The notes under the pieces are model-generated. The model saw nothing but the letters and a program-made list of their open reading frames with translations. It ran no database searches and was not told the DNA's origin. Below are positions 1 to 8,985 of a stretch of DNA of 52,198 bases, in pieces. The stretch comes from a virus: positions 1-52,198 of the IMG/VR virus record IMGVR_UViG_3300012927_000002. One strand, given 5' to 3'. Position 1 is the stretch's first letter; each line of letters begins with the position of its first letter. The position numbers were made by a program, and so were the translations under genes.

Positions 1-123
1 CAGCTGCAGGCCGGTGGTGGCCGTCGAGGTCGCCGCGCCGGTTACGCGCCCGGCGGCGAGCTGGCGCGCCGGCGTCGCCGTCTTCTTGGGCACCCCGACC
101 GCGTTACCCCAGTCGAGGATGGG
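1..123. repeat. Terminal direct overlap, identical to 52076-52198 (circular closure or terminal redundancy)
   Basis: The string cagctgcaggccggtggtgg...ccccagtcgaggatggg is read at both window ends. One ORF crosses the junction in frame. Confidence 0.95.
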
Positions 124-330
124 CTTGCCGTCGCCGGCGGTCAGCGGATGCGCGTCGCGCTGCGCGCTGTCGACGTGGGCGTGGAGCTGCGTGATCGAGC
201 CCGCCAGGTACGTCGCCCGGCGGCCGTGGTAGCTGCGCCTCGAGCCCACGTTGGCCGTCGGAAACAGCGACCTGTACAGCGCGACCAGAAAGTCGCGGGT
301 GTCATCGAGGGATGGGAGCTTGAACGGCAT
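1..330 (-). CDS. Baseplate J-like protein (Mu gp47 type), 5' part; continues across the circular junction into 50891-52075 (about 504 aa in total)
   Basis: ATG at 330-328 lies 1 nt after the stop of the gp25-like gene. Translation MPFKLPSLDDTRDFLVALYRSLFPTANVGS...GVPKKTATPARQL joins the 50891-52198 ORF in frame (207 nt from 330 to 123, divisible by 3). Confidence 0.8.
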   Translation of the reverse strand, partial: MPFKLPSLDDTRDFLVALYRSLFPTANVGSRRSYHGRRATYLAGSITQLHAHVDSAQRDAHPLTAGDGKPILDWGNAVGVPKKTATPARQLAAGRVTGAATSTATTGLQL

Positions 331-333
331 TGC

Positions 334-762
334 TTATCCTGGCTGGTGGATCAGGTCGACCGGCGAGCCCGAGGTCAGATCGCGCCAGCTCGAACGGATG
401 ATCGGGCGCCCCGACTCGTCGCGCAGCGCCCGGCCCTGCTGGTCGCGAACCGCGACGACGAGATCGGTCAGCACCCCGGCCGACTGCAGGATGCTGAGGG
501 CACGGATGGTCTCCGCCTGGACGTCCTCCAGGGTCACCGGATCGCCGGTTCGCATCGCGGCCTTGATGGAGGTCCCATCGCCCGGGTCGAACGGAGAGGC
601 GCCGAGCTCGAGCTCGAGCATCAGGTATGCCGTCGAGCGAGCATCGGAGACCTCGGACCACTCTCCGTTCGTCGTGCGGATGTAGTCCCGCGTGACGGTG
701 TTGATCAGCTGGTCGAGCTGGCCCAGTGCCGAGCCCGGAACGAACGAGAATCCGCTTGCCAC
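334..762 (-). CDS. Baseplate wedge protein, GPW/gp25-like (Mu gp46 position)
   Basis: 142 aa with a GTG start, lying between the V-like and J-like genes. Size and the GFSFVPG...LEDVQAETIRALSILQ pattern fit the gp25-like family from memory. Confidence 0.65.
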   Translation of the reverse strand: MASGFSFVPGSALGQLDQLINTVTRDYIRTTNGEWSEVSDARSTAYLMLELELGASPFDPGDGTSIKAAMRTGDPVTLEDVQAETIRALSILQSAGVLTDLVVAVRDQQGRALRDESGRPIIRSSWRDLTSGSPVDLIHQPG

Positions 763-793
763 GGACCCGTGTTACCAGAGCGGCGCGGCGCGG

Positions 794-1333
794 TCACTGG
801 GCTTTGAGGACGGTGGTTCCGGTCAGAGGCGGGGACGGGGAGATCGCGACAGGCGGGGACGGCGTACCGGTACCCGCGGTCGCGTGCGTGTGGTTCAGGA
901 ACTGGGGCAGCGTGACGAGGGGTACCGCCGTCCCGTTGGCCGTCCGGATCTCCATCGTGCCGATAGCCTTGATCACGGCGATCACGAGGCGGTTGAACAT
1001 CGCGGTTTCGTCCTGCGCCAGCTCGGCGTGCTTCTTCCGGGCGTCCTCGTCCCGCGCCGCGATGATCACCGGGTTCGATGCGCCGCCGGGGAAGGCAACG
1101 ATCGCGTCCGCGTTGGAGCCAGCAGCGGGCCGCGAGTAGAAGCCGATCCCCGAGAACATCTCCGGATCGCGGGTCTCGGTCTCCGACGCGTCGAGCAAGA
1201 GGTGGCCGACCGTGCGCCAGAACGGGACCGAGGTCAGACGGATCGACATGCGCCGGAGCATGCCCAACGCGTTGCGAGCCTCGGGCGATGTCGCGTCCCT
1301 GGTCTCGCGGGTCGTGTCGTCGGTGCGGCTCAT
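794..1333 (-). CDS. Baseplate assembly protein V / spike (Mu gp45-like)
   Basis: 179 aa from ATG 1333, with an ATGA overlap to the upstream stop. The motif GIGFYSRPAAGSNADAIVAFPGGASNPVII...DETAMFN resembles gp45/gpV. The ORF-track N-terminal extension was rejected. Confidence 0.6.
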   Translation of the reverse strand: MSRTDDTTRETRDATSPEARNALGMLRRMSIRLTSVPFWRTVGHLLLDASETETRDPEMFSGIGFYSRPAAGSNADAIVAFPGGASNPVIIAARDEDARKKHAELAQDETAMFNRLVIAVIKAIGTMEIRTANGTAVPLVTLPQFLNHTHATAGTGTPSPPVAISPSPPLTGTTVLKAQ

Positions 1334-2472
1334 AGAACGATCTCCGTCCCGACCGGGACAAGGTGCAGCGTGGTGGTCTCGCCCTGCTCGCGCTCCGAGC
1401 TGTAGGCGCACGAGACGATCAGATAGTTGTCATCGAGCGCAGGCGCGAAGTCCTCGTCGATGACGCGCGCCACGGTGTTCGGGGCGAACAGGGTGGGAGG
1501 ACCGCTGCCGAGGAACTGGCCGTGCAGCGGAGCCGAGATCGAGATCAGGTGGCGCTTGTAGTCGCGCCGGAACTGCTCGGTTTGCGCAACGCGCTGCGCG
1601 TCGCCGTAGCTCTCGAAGTCGCGCTCGGGAAGGTGCAGGCGCTTGGGATGGATGAAGTCACGCCCGGTCCCGTCCAGCTTGTTGAAGGGGTTGTCGAGCG
1701 CGACACCGCGGTTGTCGGTGACGTTGGCCCCGTAGTTGGTGGATCCCTGTCCGCCGACACCGGAGCACAGGATCAGCGAGAACCGATCCTCGTCGTCCTC
1801 GGTGACCTCGAGATCCTTGACCGTGCCCTTGGTCTTCGAGCCCTCGGCTGCGTGCACGAGCAGGAACTGCGGCGCCTGGCCGTGGTTCGGCCGACCGATG
1901 AAGAACTCGCGGCCATCGGCAGACGACCACGCGATCAGGTTGGCGCGCTGCGCGATCTCGTGGATCACCTGCGCGCGCGACTGCCCGGGGTGGACCTGAC
2001 CGCGGCGCGGGACCCGGATGTTGATCGTGACAGCGGGCTCGGTGCCGGACGCCACCCGCCTGCCCTTGCCGCGGCGCAGGTTCCGGTTGCGAGCGTCGGA
2101 GATCGTCAGCGTCTCGAACCACGGATGGATCAGCTCAAGCACGGCCGACTTGATGGTCATCCCGCTGTAGTTGATCCGCGGCGCGCTCTCGTCGGTCAGG
2201 CGACCGGCACGACAGCGCCCGGAGATCTCCATCGTACCGGCCTTCGACGACTTCTTGCGGCGGCCGATGAAGCCTCGCAGGATCGGCGTGCCGTCGATCT
2301 CGATCGTGACGTCCGAGTCGCGGCGGAGGAGGTTCCACGCCTGCGCCGAGAACGGACGGCGCATCTCGAACGCGTCGGCCATCGTGATCATGCTCGACTC
2401 GACGTGGTAGCCGGTCCATCCGTCGATCTGCGCGCCGTTGACGACGACACGGATCTTGTGCGAATTGCCCAT
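1330..2472 (-). CDS. Baseplate hub protein, Mu gpP(gp44)/P2 gpD-like
   Basis: 380 aa from ATG 2472 (TGATG junction with the gp43-like stop), starting MGNSHKIRVVVNGAQIDGWTGYHVESSM. It sits between the DNA-circulation-like and V-like genes. Confidence 0.65.
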   Translation of the reverse strand: MGNSHKIRVVVNGAQIDGWTGYHVESSMITMADAFEMRRPFSAQAWNLLRRDSDVTIEIDGTPILRGFIGRRKKSSKAGTMEISGRCRAGRLTDESAPRINYSGMTIKSAVLELIHPWFETLTISDARNRNLRRGKGRRVASGTEPAVTINIRVPRRGQVHPGQSRAQVIHEIAQRANLIAWSSADGREFFIGRPNHGQAPQFLLVHAAEGSKTKGTVKDLEVTEDDEDRFSLILCSGVGGQGSTNYGANVTDNRGVALDNPFNKLDGTGRDFIHPKRLHLPERDFESYGDAQRVAQTEQFRRDYKRHLISISAPLHGQFLGSGPPTLFAPNTVARVIDEDFAPALDDNYLIVSCAYSSEREQGETTTLHLVPVGTEIVL

Positions 2473-3680
2473 CAGAACGCCAGCTGAGCCGACGTCCGGG
2501 TCGGCAGCAGGTAGTCGCCCGGCACCAGCCATCCCGGCGTGGCGATGTCGTTGAGCGCCTCGATCTGCCGTGTGCGATCGAGAGCGTCGGCGCCGCCGTA
2601 GACCCGGGCGGCGAGCGGCAAGAGCGCGACCGGAGAGAGCACGCGCATCGTGAACGTCGACGGCGTCTCGGAGGTCGCGGCGATCGCGGCGTTGCGCACG
2701 GCATCGCCGAGCATGATCGCCGTACGGAACGCCGGCCACAGCTGCAGATCGCTCTCGAACTCGCCGAGGTCGATCATCGTCGCGATGTTGTCGGAGATGC
2801 GGGAGGCGTCGATCAGGATCTGGCGAGTCGAGACGGCGCCCGACGCCCAGGCGGACACCGAGACGCGGGCGTCGACCGACACGGCCGCGAACAGACCGGC
2901 CGAGGCATCCGCGGTGGCCGCCGCCGACAGCGCTGCCGAGGCATCGACGGAGACGGAAGCCGTCGCGGACACGGTCGCGGACGCGGTGGCCGATGCGGTC
3001 GCGGTCGCGGCTGCCGACGCGTTCGCTGCGACCGACGCGGCTGCCGACACCGCGATGCTCGCCGAGACGTCCACGGAGACATCCACGGAAGCCGTGATCG
3101 CGATCGAAGCGTCGAAGCCGAACGAGAGATTGGTCGGGCTCGACAGCGGCAGCAGCGACGACAGGGTGGCCCCCGACATCTTGAGCTTGCCCATGTTCGA
3201 CAGCTCCGTATCGAGCGAGGTCGCCGCGGCGGACACCGAGCTTTCCCCGGACGTCCCGCTCGAGGCCGCCCCGGTCGGCGTGACCGCCTGGTCGGCGTCC
3301 TCCTGGATGAACTCGGCGTCCGCGGAGATGACACTGTGCTCGTCGATGGTGGAGATGAACTCTCCGATGCTGGCCTCGAATCGGCCGAGCGTGGGGTGCT
3401 GGAACATCGCGGTGGCGCCGCTCGCCACCGCGGCTTCCATGGCGTCCGCGGCTTCGCGCGGGCCCGGGGCGCCCGGGAAGTCGTCGAACTGCAGTTTGCA
3501 CCGGACCCGGCGAGCGCGCCGCCCGCGGTCCTGCACCGGATGCGCGTCACCGGACGAGAGATCGTGAACCACCTGGGTCCGACTTCCGTCGGTGGTGACC
3601 TTCTCGCAGAACAGCCGAATCCTCCCCCAGCTGGCGGATGACAGCGTCGCGGTGCCCTGGAGGAAGTCGACTAGTGGCAT
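2472..3680 (-). CDS. DNA-circulation-like baseplate hub protein (Mu gpN/gp43 type) with a low-complexity Ala/Ser/Val/Thr/Asp insert
   Basis: 402 aa directly downstream of the tape measure gene. The N-terminus SWGRIRLFCEKVTTDGSRTQVVHDLSSGDAHPVQDRGRRARRVRCKLQF resembles the DNA_circ_N signature. Confidence 0.65.
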   Translation of the reverse strand: MPLVDFLQGTATLSSASWGRIRLFCEKVTTDGSRTQVVHDLSSGDAHPVQDRGRRARRVRCKLQFDDFPGAPGPREAADAMEAAVASGATAMFQHPTLGRFEASIGEFISTIDEHSVISADAEFIQEDADQAVTPTGAASSGTSGESSVSAAATSLDTELSNMGKLKMSGATLSSLLPLSSPTNLSFGFDASIAITASVDVSVDVSASIAVSAAASVAANASAAATATASATASATVSATASVSVDASAALSAAATADASAGLFAAVSVDARVSVSAWASGAVSTRQILIDASRISDNIATMIDLGEFESDLQLWPAFRTAIMLGDAVRNAAIAATSETPSTFTMRVLSPVALLPLAARVYGGADALDRTRQIEALNDIATPGWLVPGDYLLPTRTSAQLAF

Positions 3681-3686
3681 CGCCGC

Positions 3687-5456
3687 CTACTTCCGCCTGT
3701 GCGTGGACGCGTTGTCAACCGTCTTGGCGACCGCCGTGGCCCCGCCCTCGCCGAGCTTGAGCTCGGTGATCTTGCCGGCCTCGAGGACCCGGGTCAGCCT
3801 GTCGAGCGATGGCGCGAGGGCATCCCGGATCGCGCCGGCCGCGTCCTGGGATGCGGACTTCTGGGCGAGCGGTCCCGCGCCGTTCCACCCCATGCCCTTG
3901 AGGAACGCGCGCCCCGCCTCCTCGTATTCCTGCTGGTGCACCAGCATGCCGGCGCTGATCGAGCCCTTGACCCCATTGGCCTCGGCCTCGCGACCGAGGC
4001 GCTCCCCGAGATCTCTTACGATCTGCTGGATCGGCGCCTGATCTCCGCCTGTGAGTCCGTACTTGTCCATGTTCAGTCGATAGACAACCTTGCGTAAATC
4101 GTAAAGGCTCATGTCGTCACCGGACTTGTAGTTCTGCATCTCCCTGATCGCTTCGGGCGACGTACCGAATTCCTTTTTTACCTTCTCGTATTCAGAGGCC
4201 TCTAGCTGCTTGTTTCTCGTCGCCCCATCAACTCCAACGTGCGAGTCGATCCAGTTGGCCGCATCCATGAACGCGCCGGCAGCCCGGGTCAGGAGAGCGG
4301 CGAACCCAGCCACGCGCTCGGGCGTGAACGCGACCGCAACGGCGTTCTTCATCTTCTCGACGGCGGTGGCGATCTTCCCCGACGAGGACTCCACGAATGT
4401 GGCGACATCCCTTGGGATCACGCCAAGCTCCCGTCCGGCTTCCTCCAGCTGAGCCATGCGCGAGACCCAGTTCTTGCCGCTGGCATCGAGCTTATCCATG
4501 GCCCGCGATGCCTCGTCTCCGAGGAGCATTCCGCGCCATCCCTCGGTGCGGCCGAACATCTTTTTGATCAGTGCCGGATCCTTCATCGCCTCGCTGTTGA
4601 CAATGTTCTTGAAGATCACCGGAAACGGAAGCAGAACCTTGCGGCCGAGCTTGTCGCGGAACTTCTCGTAGATCTGCACACCCTGCGCCTCGAAGCGGGG
4701 CGCGTACGACTGGATGCCGGCGTACACGCGCTGCAGCATCGTCCCGGCCTCACCAGCGCTATTCGCGCCGTCCCGCATGACCTGGAACATCGCGCCCGCC
4801 TGGATGGTTCCCTCACGGCCGATCATACCGAACCGCTTGAACAGAGGCAGGATGCCGGCGAACTCGGCGGCCATCTGCTTGGCCTCGATCGCGCCGTCCT
4901 TGGCCTGGTTGATCAGTCCGCCCATCGTGTCCTCGAGCTCGTTATCCGGCACCTTCATCGAGGTGGTCAGCTGGTACATCATCCCGGCGAGGTCTTCGGT
5001 CTTGGACCCCGTGGCCTGCGCGGCGCGCGCGAGGATGTTCATCTTCTCGATCGAGAAGTTCTGCGCACCCGCCAGGTCGATGTAGGCGCGGCCGGCGTTG
5101 AGCACCTCGAGCGCGTCGAGGCCGATGTCGGTCGACGTCTTCCGCGCGGCGTTGCCGATCTCGCGCATTTCCATGGGCGTCTTGCGAGCGGCGATACCGA
5201 AGCGAACAAGGGCCTCCTCGAAGCCGAGAACGCCCTTGGCTTGATCAACAAAAAAATCCAGGCCGCGAGTGGCCAGGTTGCCGAGCACGTTGCCGGCGGC
5301 TCGCTTGCCGATGTCGAGCAGCGGACGAGTGGCGGCGCCAACCACATGGCTCACGCCTAGCGCGAAGCCCTGCATCATCTTGCCGGCCTCGTGCAGCGCC
5401 GCCGGAAGCTTCGCCGTGCTGGCGACGATCTCGATCTCGGCTTTGGCGTTGCTCAT
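3687..5456 (-). CDS. Tail tape measure protein
   Basis: 589 aa and helical, immediately after the frameshifted chaperone. The core KTEDLAGMMYQLTTSM...GAIEAKQMAAEFAGILPLF is typical of tape measure proteins. Confidence 0.85.
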   Translation of the reverse strand: MSNAKAEIEIVASTAKLPAALHEAGKMMQGFALGVSHVVGAATRPLLDIGKRAAGNVLGNLATRGLDFFVDQAKGVLGFEEALVRFGIAARKTPMEMREIGNAARKTSTDIGLDALEVLNAGRAYIDLAGAQNFSIEKMNILARAAQATGSKTEDLAGMMYQLTTSMKVPDNELEDTMGGLINQAKDGAIEAKQMAAEFAGILPLFKRFGMIGREGTIQAGAMFQVMRDGANSAGEAGTMLQRVYAGIQSYAPRFEAQGVQIYEKFRDKLGRKVLLPFPVIFKNIVNSEAMKDPALIKKMFGRTEGWRGMLLGDEASRAMDKLDASGKNWVSRMAQLEEAGRELGVIPRDVATFVESSSGKIATAVEKMKNAVAVAFTPERVAGFAALLTRAAGAFMDAANWIDSHVGVDGATRNKQLEASEYEKVKKEFGTSPEAIREMQNYKSGDDMSLYDLRKVVYRLNMDKYGLTGGDQAPIQQIVRDLGERLGREAEANGVKGSISAGMLVHQQEYEEAGRAFLKGMGWNGAGPLAQKSASQDAAGAIRDALAPSLDRLTRVLEAGKITELKLGEGGATAVAKTVDNASTHRRK

Positions 5457-5680
5457 GTGGCCCTCGGATCATGCGCGCTGTTCACGAAGCGGATCGTGCC
5501 GGATGGCGGGGCCGCCGCGCCCCCGGCCTTGCTCTGTTCGACCGTCGGCAGCTCGCCGGCTACGATTCCCCACTCGAGGACGGCGTCGTAGGTGAGCTCG
5601 CAGGCGGCGCGTCCGTAGAAGCAAGATAGAGCGACAGCACACCGAGCCCGAACGACCTCAACAGCATCGGATTTTTTTTT
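5453..5680 (-). CDS. -1 frame extension ORF of the tail assembly chaperone (gpGT-like fusion made by a slip at 5672-5681)
   Basis: The -1 frame is open from the A10 tract (RKKKSDAVEVV...) to a stop at 5453-5455. That stop forms ATGA with the tape measure start codon. Confidence 0.7.
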   Translation of the reverse strand, partial: KKKSDAVEVVRARCAVALSCFYGRAACELTYDAVLEWGIVAGELPTVEQSKAGGAAAPPSGTIRFVNSAHDPRAT

Positions 5681-6126
5681 TCGTGCGCGAGGCGGATCTG
5701 CTCGAACCGCTCGGCGTCCACGGCGAGCGCCTGCACCGGGCTCAGGCGAACCCGCACGTCCTGGTAGACCAGGCCGCACGCGCTGATCAGGTCGATGTCG
5801 AGCGCTATCCATTCGTCCTGCGTGCCGGCGCGGACATCGCGCTTATCCGGGTCGGGGTGCCTCACCGCCCAGGCCAGCGTGAGCGCGAGCCGCCGGCTCT
5901 CGTACGTCATCGCGTTGAGGACGTTCGGCTCGAGCTTGAGCTTGGCCATCGCGGCGTGGACCGCACCCTCGATCTCGTCGACGACCATCTCGCCGGCGAG
6001 CTCGATCCAGACCTGGCCGAACATCGGCATCTCGACGTACTCGCCGCGCGGCGTCTGCGCGCGCTTCTGCGCGAGCAGCGTGGGAGCTGCCGCCGCGGCG
6101 GCCTGTTTGTTCACGAGGATCGCCAT
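5560..6126 (-). CDS. Tail assembly chaperone (frame-0 product)
   Basis: 188 aa between the tube and tape measure genes. It contains GAA AAA AAA AAT in frame 0. Confidence 0.7.
   Translation of the reverse strand: MAILVNKQAAAAAAPTLLAQKRAQTPRGEYVEMPMFGQVWIELAGEMVVDEIEGAVHAAMAKLKLEPNVLNAMTYESRRLALTLAWAVRHPDPDKRDVRAGTQDEWIALDIDLISACGLVYQDVRVRLSPVQALAVDAERFEQIRLAHEKKNPMLLRSFGLGVLSLYLASTDAPPASSPTTPSSSGES
5672..5681 (-). promoter_or_regulatory. Slippery A10 tract (T10 on the plus strand) for a programmed -1 translational frameshift
   Basis: Plus strand reads a-tttttttttt-cg. The minus strand contains an A AAA AAA heptamer in frame 0. The downstream ORF is in the -1 frame (coordinate mod 3 shifts from 0 to 1). 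Confidence 0.65.
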
Positions 6127-6129
6127 GGC

Positions 6130-6525
6130 CTAGAACCGCTGCGTTGCAACGAGATCGACGGTGTCCTCGTGAACGCCCTTGTCGTCCTTGGTCGTGTCGG
6201 TCTTCGAGACCTGACACGTGTACGCCTGGCGCCGGCCGTTGTTCTCGTCCTGGGTGGTGATGGTGAAGATCTTGTCGGTGTCGTTGTAGAAGTCCCAGTC
6301 GACCTCGGGGATCTGCCCGGTCTCGCGGACCAGGGTCAGGGATAGCGTGAACCCGCCCTGTTCCTTGCGCGTGCCGGCGCCGCGGTTGACGCCGATCGTG
6401 GTGATGACCTTGCGGCTCGCCTCGTCCTTGACGTCGAGCTTGGTGGCCGTGAGGAGCTGCTTCGACGCCCCACGCGGCCCGGGGGCGTCGATGAAGATCT
6501 TTGCCTGAGATACGAAGTTGAGCAT
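6130..6525 (-). CDS. Tail tube protein
   Basis: 131 aa directly after the sheath gene. Its size and beta-rich sequence fit a contractile-tail tube protein. Confidence 0.7.
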   Translation of the reverse strand: MLNFVSQAKIFIDAPGPRGASKQLLTATKLDVKDEASRKVITTIGVNRGAGTRKEQGGFTLSLTLVRETGQIPEVDWDFYNDTDKIFTITTQDENNGRRQAYTCQVSKTDTTKDDKGVHEDTVDLVATQRF

Positions 6526-6534
6526 GGGGGCTCC

Positions 6535-8010
6535 TTACTGGCCGACGGTGACGTTGTGCTGCCAGGCGATCTGATGCTGGGAGCCGAGCGGGTGATAGAA
6601 CAGCGCCACGTTACTGCGGCCCAGCGTGGTCTGGTCGTGCTCCACCACGTTCTGGGAGATGTCCGCCTCGATGAACTTCGGATCGAGCACACGATCCTGA
6701 GCCTCGGCGCGCAGGATCGCGGCGACCATATCCAGGATCTGGTTGTCGGTGTCGTCGGTCTGGCGGACGCCGTCGGGGTTGGAGTCGGCGCCGAACCGCT
6801 GCGCGGCGCCGATGTCGATCTGGATCGCGACCGCGACCATCGTGCGCGGGATGGCGATGTCCCGGGCCTTGTCGTCCGGCTGGCTCGAGGTCGTGGTCTT
6901 CGTCGTGACCATGCGCTCGCACTTGGCGAGGTTCTGGGTCACGGCACCGGTCGAGTCCAGGACGGCCGTGTACGGCGTCAGGCCGGCGGCCAGCGCGGTC
7001 TCGACCTCGCCCGCGGTGTAGATGGTCGCCACCGCCGGCGGCACCAGCGGGACCTTGGCTCCGTCGTAGCTGGCGTTCGGCCGCTCGCGCGAGAACACCA
7101 GCATCGCGGTCGCGGTCGCGATCTCGCCGGCGGTGTTGCGGCAGCCCTCAAACGAGGCCACCACGACCGCCATATCGTTCGCGGTGGCCGCCAGCGCGGT
7201 CGCGGTGCCGATCGTGCCCGGCTCCCCGACGAAGTAGAACCCCCAGTTCTTGCTCGCCGCGCCCCACCGGACGGCCCGGTCGGCAAGGATCTCGACCATG
7301 TCCGTGCTCGCGTGGTTCGCGAACACGATCCCGTCGTACCGCAGGGCCGACAGGGCATCGAGCGCCGGCTGGTGGTCGGTCGCCGTCGTACCCACGACGG
7401 TGTTGGCGACCGTGGCGACGCAGCCGGTGACCTGCTGGACCGCCGTGACCAGGATGTCGGTGCCGTTGACGCCCTTGGTCGGGTGGGTCAGCGTGACCAC
7501 GTTCGTCGCGACGGTGACCAGGACCGGAAGATCGGACGCCCGGGTGTTCATCGCCGCCGAGATCTTCGAGGCGATGGTGTTCTGGACGTCACCGAGCGAG
7601 ATGCCGACCGTGATGATCCGGCCGGCGACATCGAAGATCTGGTTGCCGTCCACGGTGGCGGTCCCGACGCACGTGATCGTCTTGACGTTGGCGACGCCGG
7701 CGCTCTCCGCGATCGGGACGGCAACCACCCGCGGCCCCTGACCGAACAGGTTGCTGCAGGCGACCGCCATGCGGCCCATGAGCGCGAGCTCGGAGGACTG
7801 CCCGAACAGGGCGTCCATCTCGGTGGTCGCCAGCGTGGTCAGGTCGTAGACTGTCCCGTTGACGGCCGAGCCGACGCCCGTACGGCGCGCGCCGATGAGG
7901 GCGATCTTGAGCGGCACGTTGGTCAGCGCGCCGCCGGCGCGGAACAGGGTGAACGTGTGGAAGGTCTGCGGGCGGAGCAGGCTGTTCGGAACGCCGGTGT
8001 TGATGGTCAT
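6535..8010 (-). CDS. Contractile tail sheath protein
   Basis: 491 aa upstream of the tube gene. The sequence reads like a sheath protein (MTINTGVPNSLLRPQTFHTFTLF..., C-terminal ...ALFYHPLGSQHQIAWQHNVTV). Confidence 0.85.
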   Translation of the reverse strand: MTINTGVPNSLLRPQTFHTFTLFRAGGALTNVPLKIALIGARRTGVGSAVNGTVYDLTTLATTEMDALFGQSSELALMGRMAVACSNLFGQGPRVVAVPIAESAGVANVKTITCVGTATVDGNQIFDVAGRIITVGISLGDVQNTIASKISAAMNTRASDLPVLVTVATNVVTLTHPTKGVNGTDILVTAVQQVTGCVATVANTVVGTTATDHQPALDALSALRYDGIVFANHASTDMVEILADRAVRWGAASKNWGFYFVGEPGTIGTATALAATANDMAVVVASFEGCRNTAGEIATATAMLVFSRERPNASYDGAKVPLVPPAVATIYTAGEVETALAAGLTPYTAVLDSTGAVTQNLAKCERMVTTKTTTSSQPDDKARDIAIPRTMVAVAIQIDIGAAQRFGADSNPDGVRQTDDTDNQILDMVAAILRAEAQDRVLDPKFIEADISQNVVEHDQTTLGRSNVALFYHPLGSQHQIAWQHNVTVGQ

Positions 8011-8013
8011 GGA

Positions 8014-8304
8014 TCAGGTCCCCTTCTTGGCCGCGGGCAGGCGGGCGGCGATCTTGATGCTGTGCTCGGGGAGCGCGTCCGGCGCCGCGGCCAGCTCGAC
8101 GCCGCACGGGGCGCCGTTCATGTCGCACGGCACGAGATCGCCGCGACCGATCGAGCGGCGAACGTCCTGCGAGTAGCGAACGCGGTGGATGACGCCCGCG
8201 ACCGCTTGGAGCTGCGTGCCGTCGATCGTCACCCCGTCGCGCGTGTGGATCGGGGTGACGCGCCCGCCGGGCGCGGTCACCGTGATGTGGGTTGGATCGG
8301 GCAT
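8014..8304 (-). CDS. Small hypothetical protein (Mu gp38 position)
   Basis: 96 aa from ATG 8304 (MPDPTHITVTAPGG...). It is the only frame that does not overlap its neighbours, and third-position GC is high. Confidence 0.5.
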   Translation of the reverse strand: MPDPTHITVTAPGGRVTPIHTRDGVTIDGTQLQAVAGVIHRVRYSQDVRRSIGRGDLVPCDMNGAPCGVELAAAPDALPEHSIKIAARLPAAKKGT

Positions 8305-8312
8305 CGGTTCTC

Positions 8313-8984
8313 CTACAGGTTGTCCACGTTGACGTCGATGGTTGCGGTTTTGGTCGGCGAGGGCGGCAGCGGGACCTCGTCGGGATCCTGCGCGGCGCGG
8401 AACCGGATCGAGGTCAGGAGCTGCTTCACCGTGCGGAACTCGGAGATGCGGGTGTTGACCGTGACCTTGTAGGTCTGCAGCCACACCGTCATCGCCGCGC
8501 TCGAGAAGACGGGCTCCTCCATGTGCGGGCGAAGCTGCTTGATGTCCGAGCCCACGTCGGGCCACTGGCCGAGCAAGAGCTCCTTGGCGTGGTCGAGCAT
8601 GATGTGGAGCCCCGGGTCAGCTTGGTCGTTGGCCAGGCCGGGTCCGTCGATCTGCTGGCGACCGATCGCCATGTTCCGGGCGTTCGAGCTGGCGAAGTAG
8701 ATCAGGAGATCGATCTCGCCGACCTCGGCGTAGCCGCCCATGCCCTTGACCTCGCTGGTTCGCCCGCCGAGCGCCACCGCGATCGCCGGCATCCGGGTCA
8801 GGATGGAGATCAGCTGTCCGGCGCCTACGTCGTCGTCCCGGCCGTTGATGACCGAGCCGAACGGCTGGAGCTCGAGCAGGTAGCCGCCCTCGGACCTGCG
8901 CAAGCCAGAAAGCAGGGCGAGCGCGCCCTGCTGGATCCTGGTCCGCTGGGGCGCCGCCGCCCCGCTGTCGAACTTGTGGGCCAC
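8313..8984 (-). CDS. Tail-completion-type protein (Mu gp37/DUF1834-like position)
   Basis: 223 aa between the morphogenesis-G-like and sheath genes. The assignment rests on synteny only. Confidence 0.45.
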   Translation of the reverse strand: MAHKFDSGAAAPQRTRIQQGALALLSGLRRSEGGYLLELQPFGSVINGRDDDVGAGQLISILTRMPAIAVALGGRTSEVKGMGGYAEVGEIDLLIYFASSNARNMAIGRQQIDGPGLANDQADPGLHIMLDHAKELLLGQWPDVGSDIKQLRPHMEEPVFSSAAMTVWLQTYKVTVNTRISEFRTVKQLLTSIRFRAAQDPDEVPLPPSPTKTATIDVNVDNL

Positions 8985-8985
8985 G

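Noticed and set aside
1330-3501. 723-aa minus-strand track ORF, which seems to fuse the hub gene with upstream sequence
   Set aside because: The N-terminal roughly 340 aa are Arg/Gly-rich nonsense in a frame overlapping the gp43-like gene. The real gene starts at ATG 2472 (MGNSHKIRVVV) with a TGATG junction. The same reasoning was applied to 10571-11896, 8986-9705, 794-1411, 36239-37948, 37582-38415, 33202-34212 and 46012-46959.
6556-8472. 638-aa plus-strand ORF (and similar long ORFs at 1363-2487, 4239-5360, 10514-12073, 14969-16312, 27161-28318, 29983-31566, 41544-43922, 43105-44436 and 24880-25881)
   Set aside because: These are antisense or out-of-frame shadows of recognisable structural or enzyme genes. 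Their translations are Arg/Gly/Asp/Pro/His-rich with no domain pattern, which is the expected artefact of stop-codon scarcity in GC-rich DNA.
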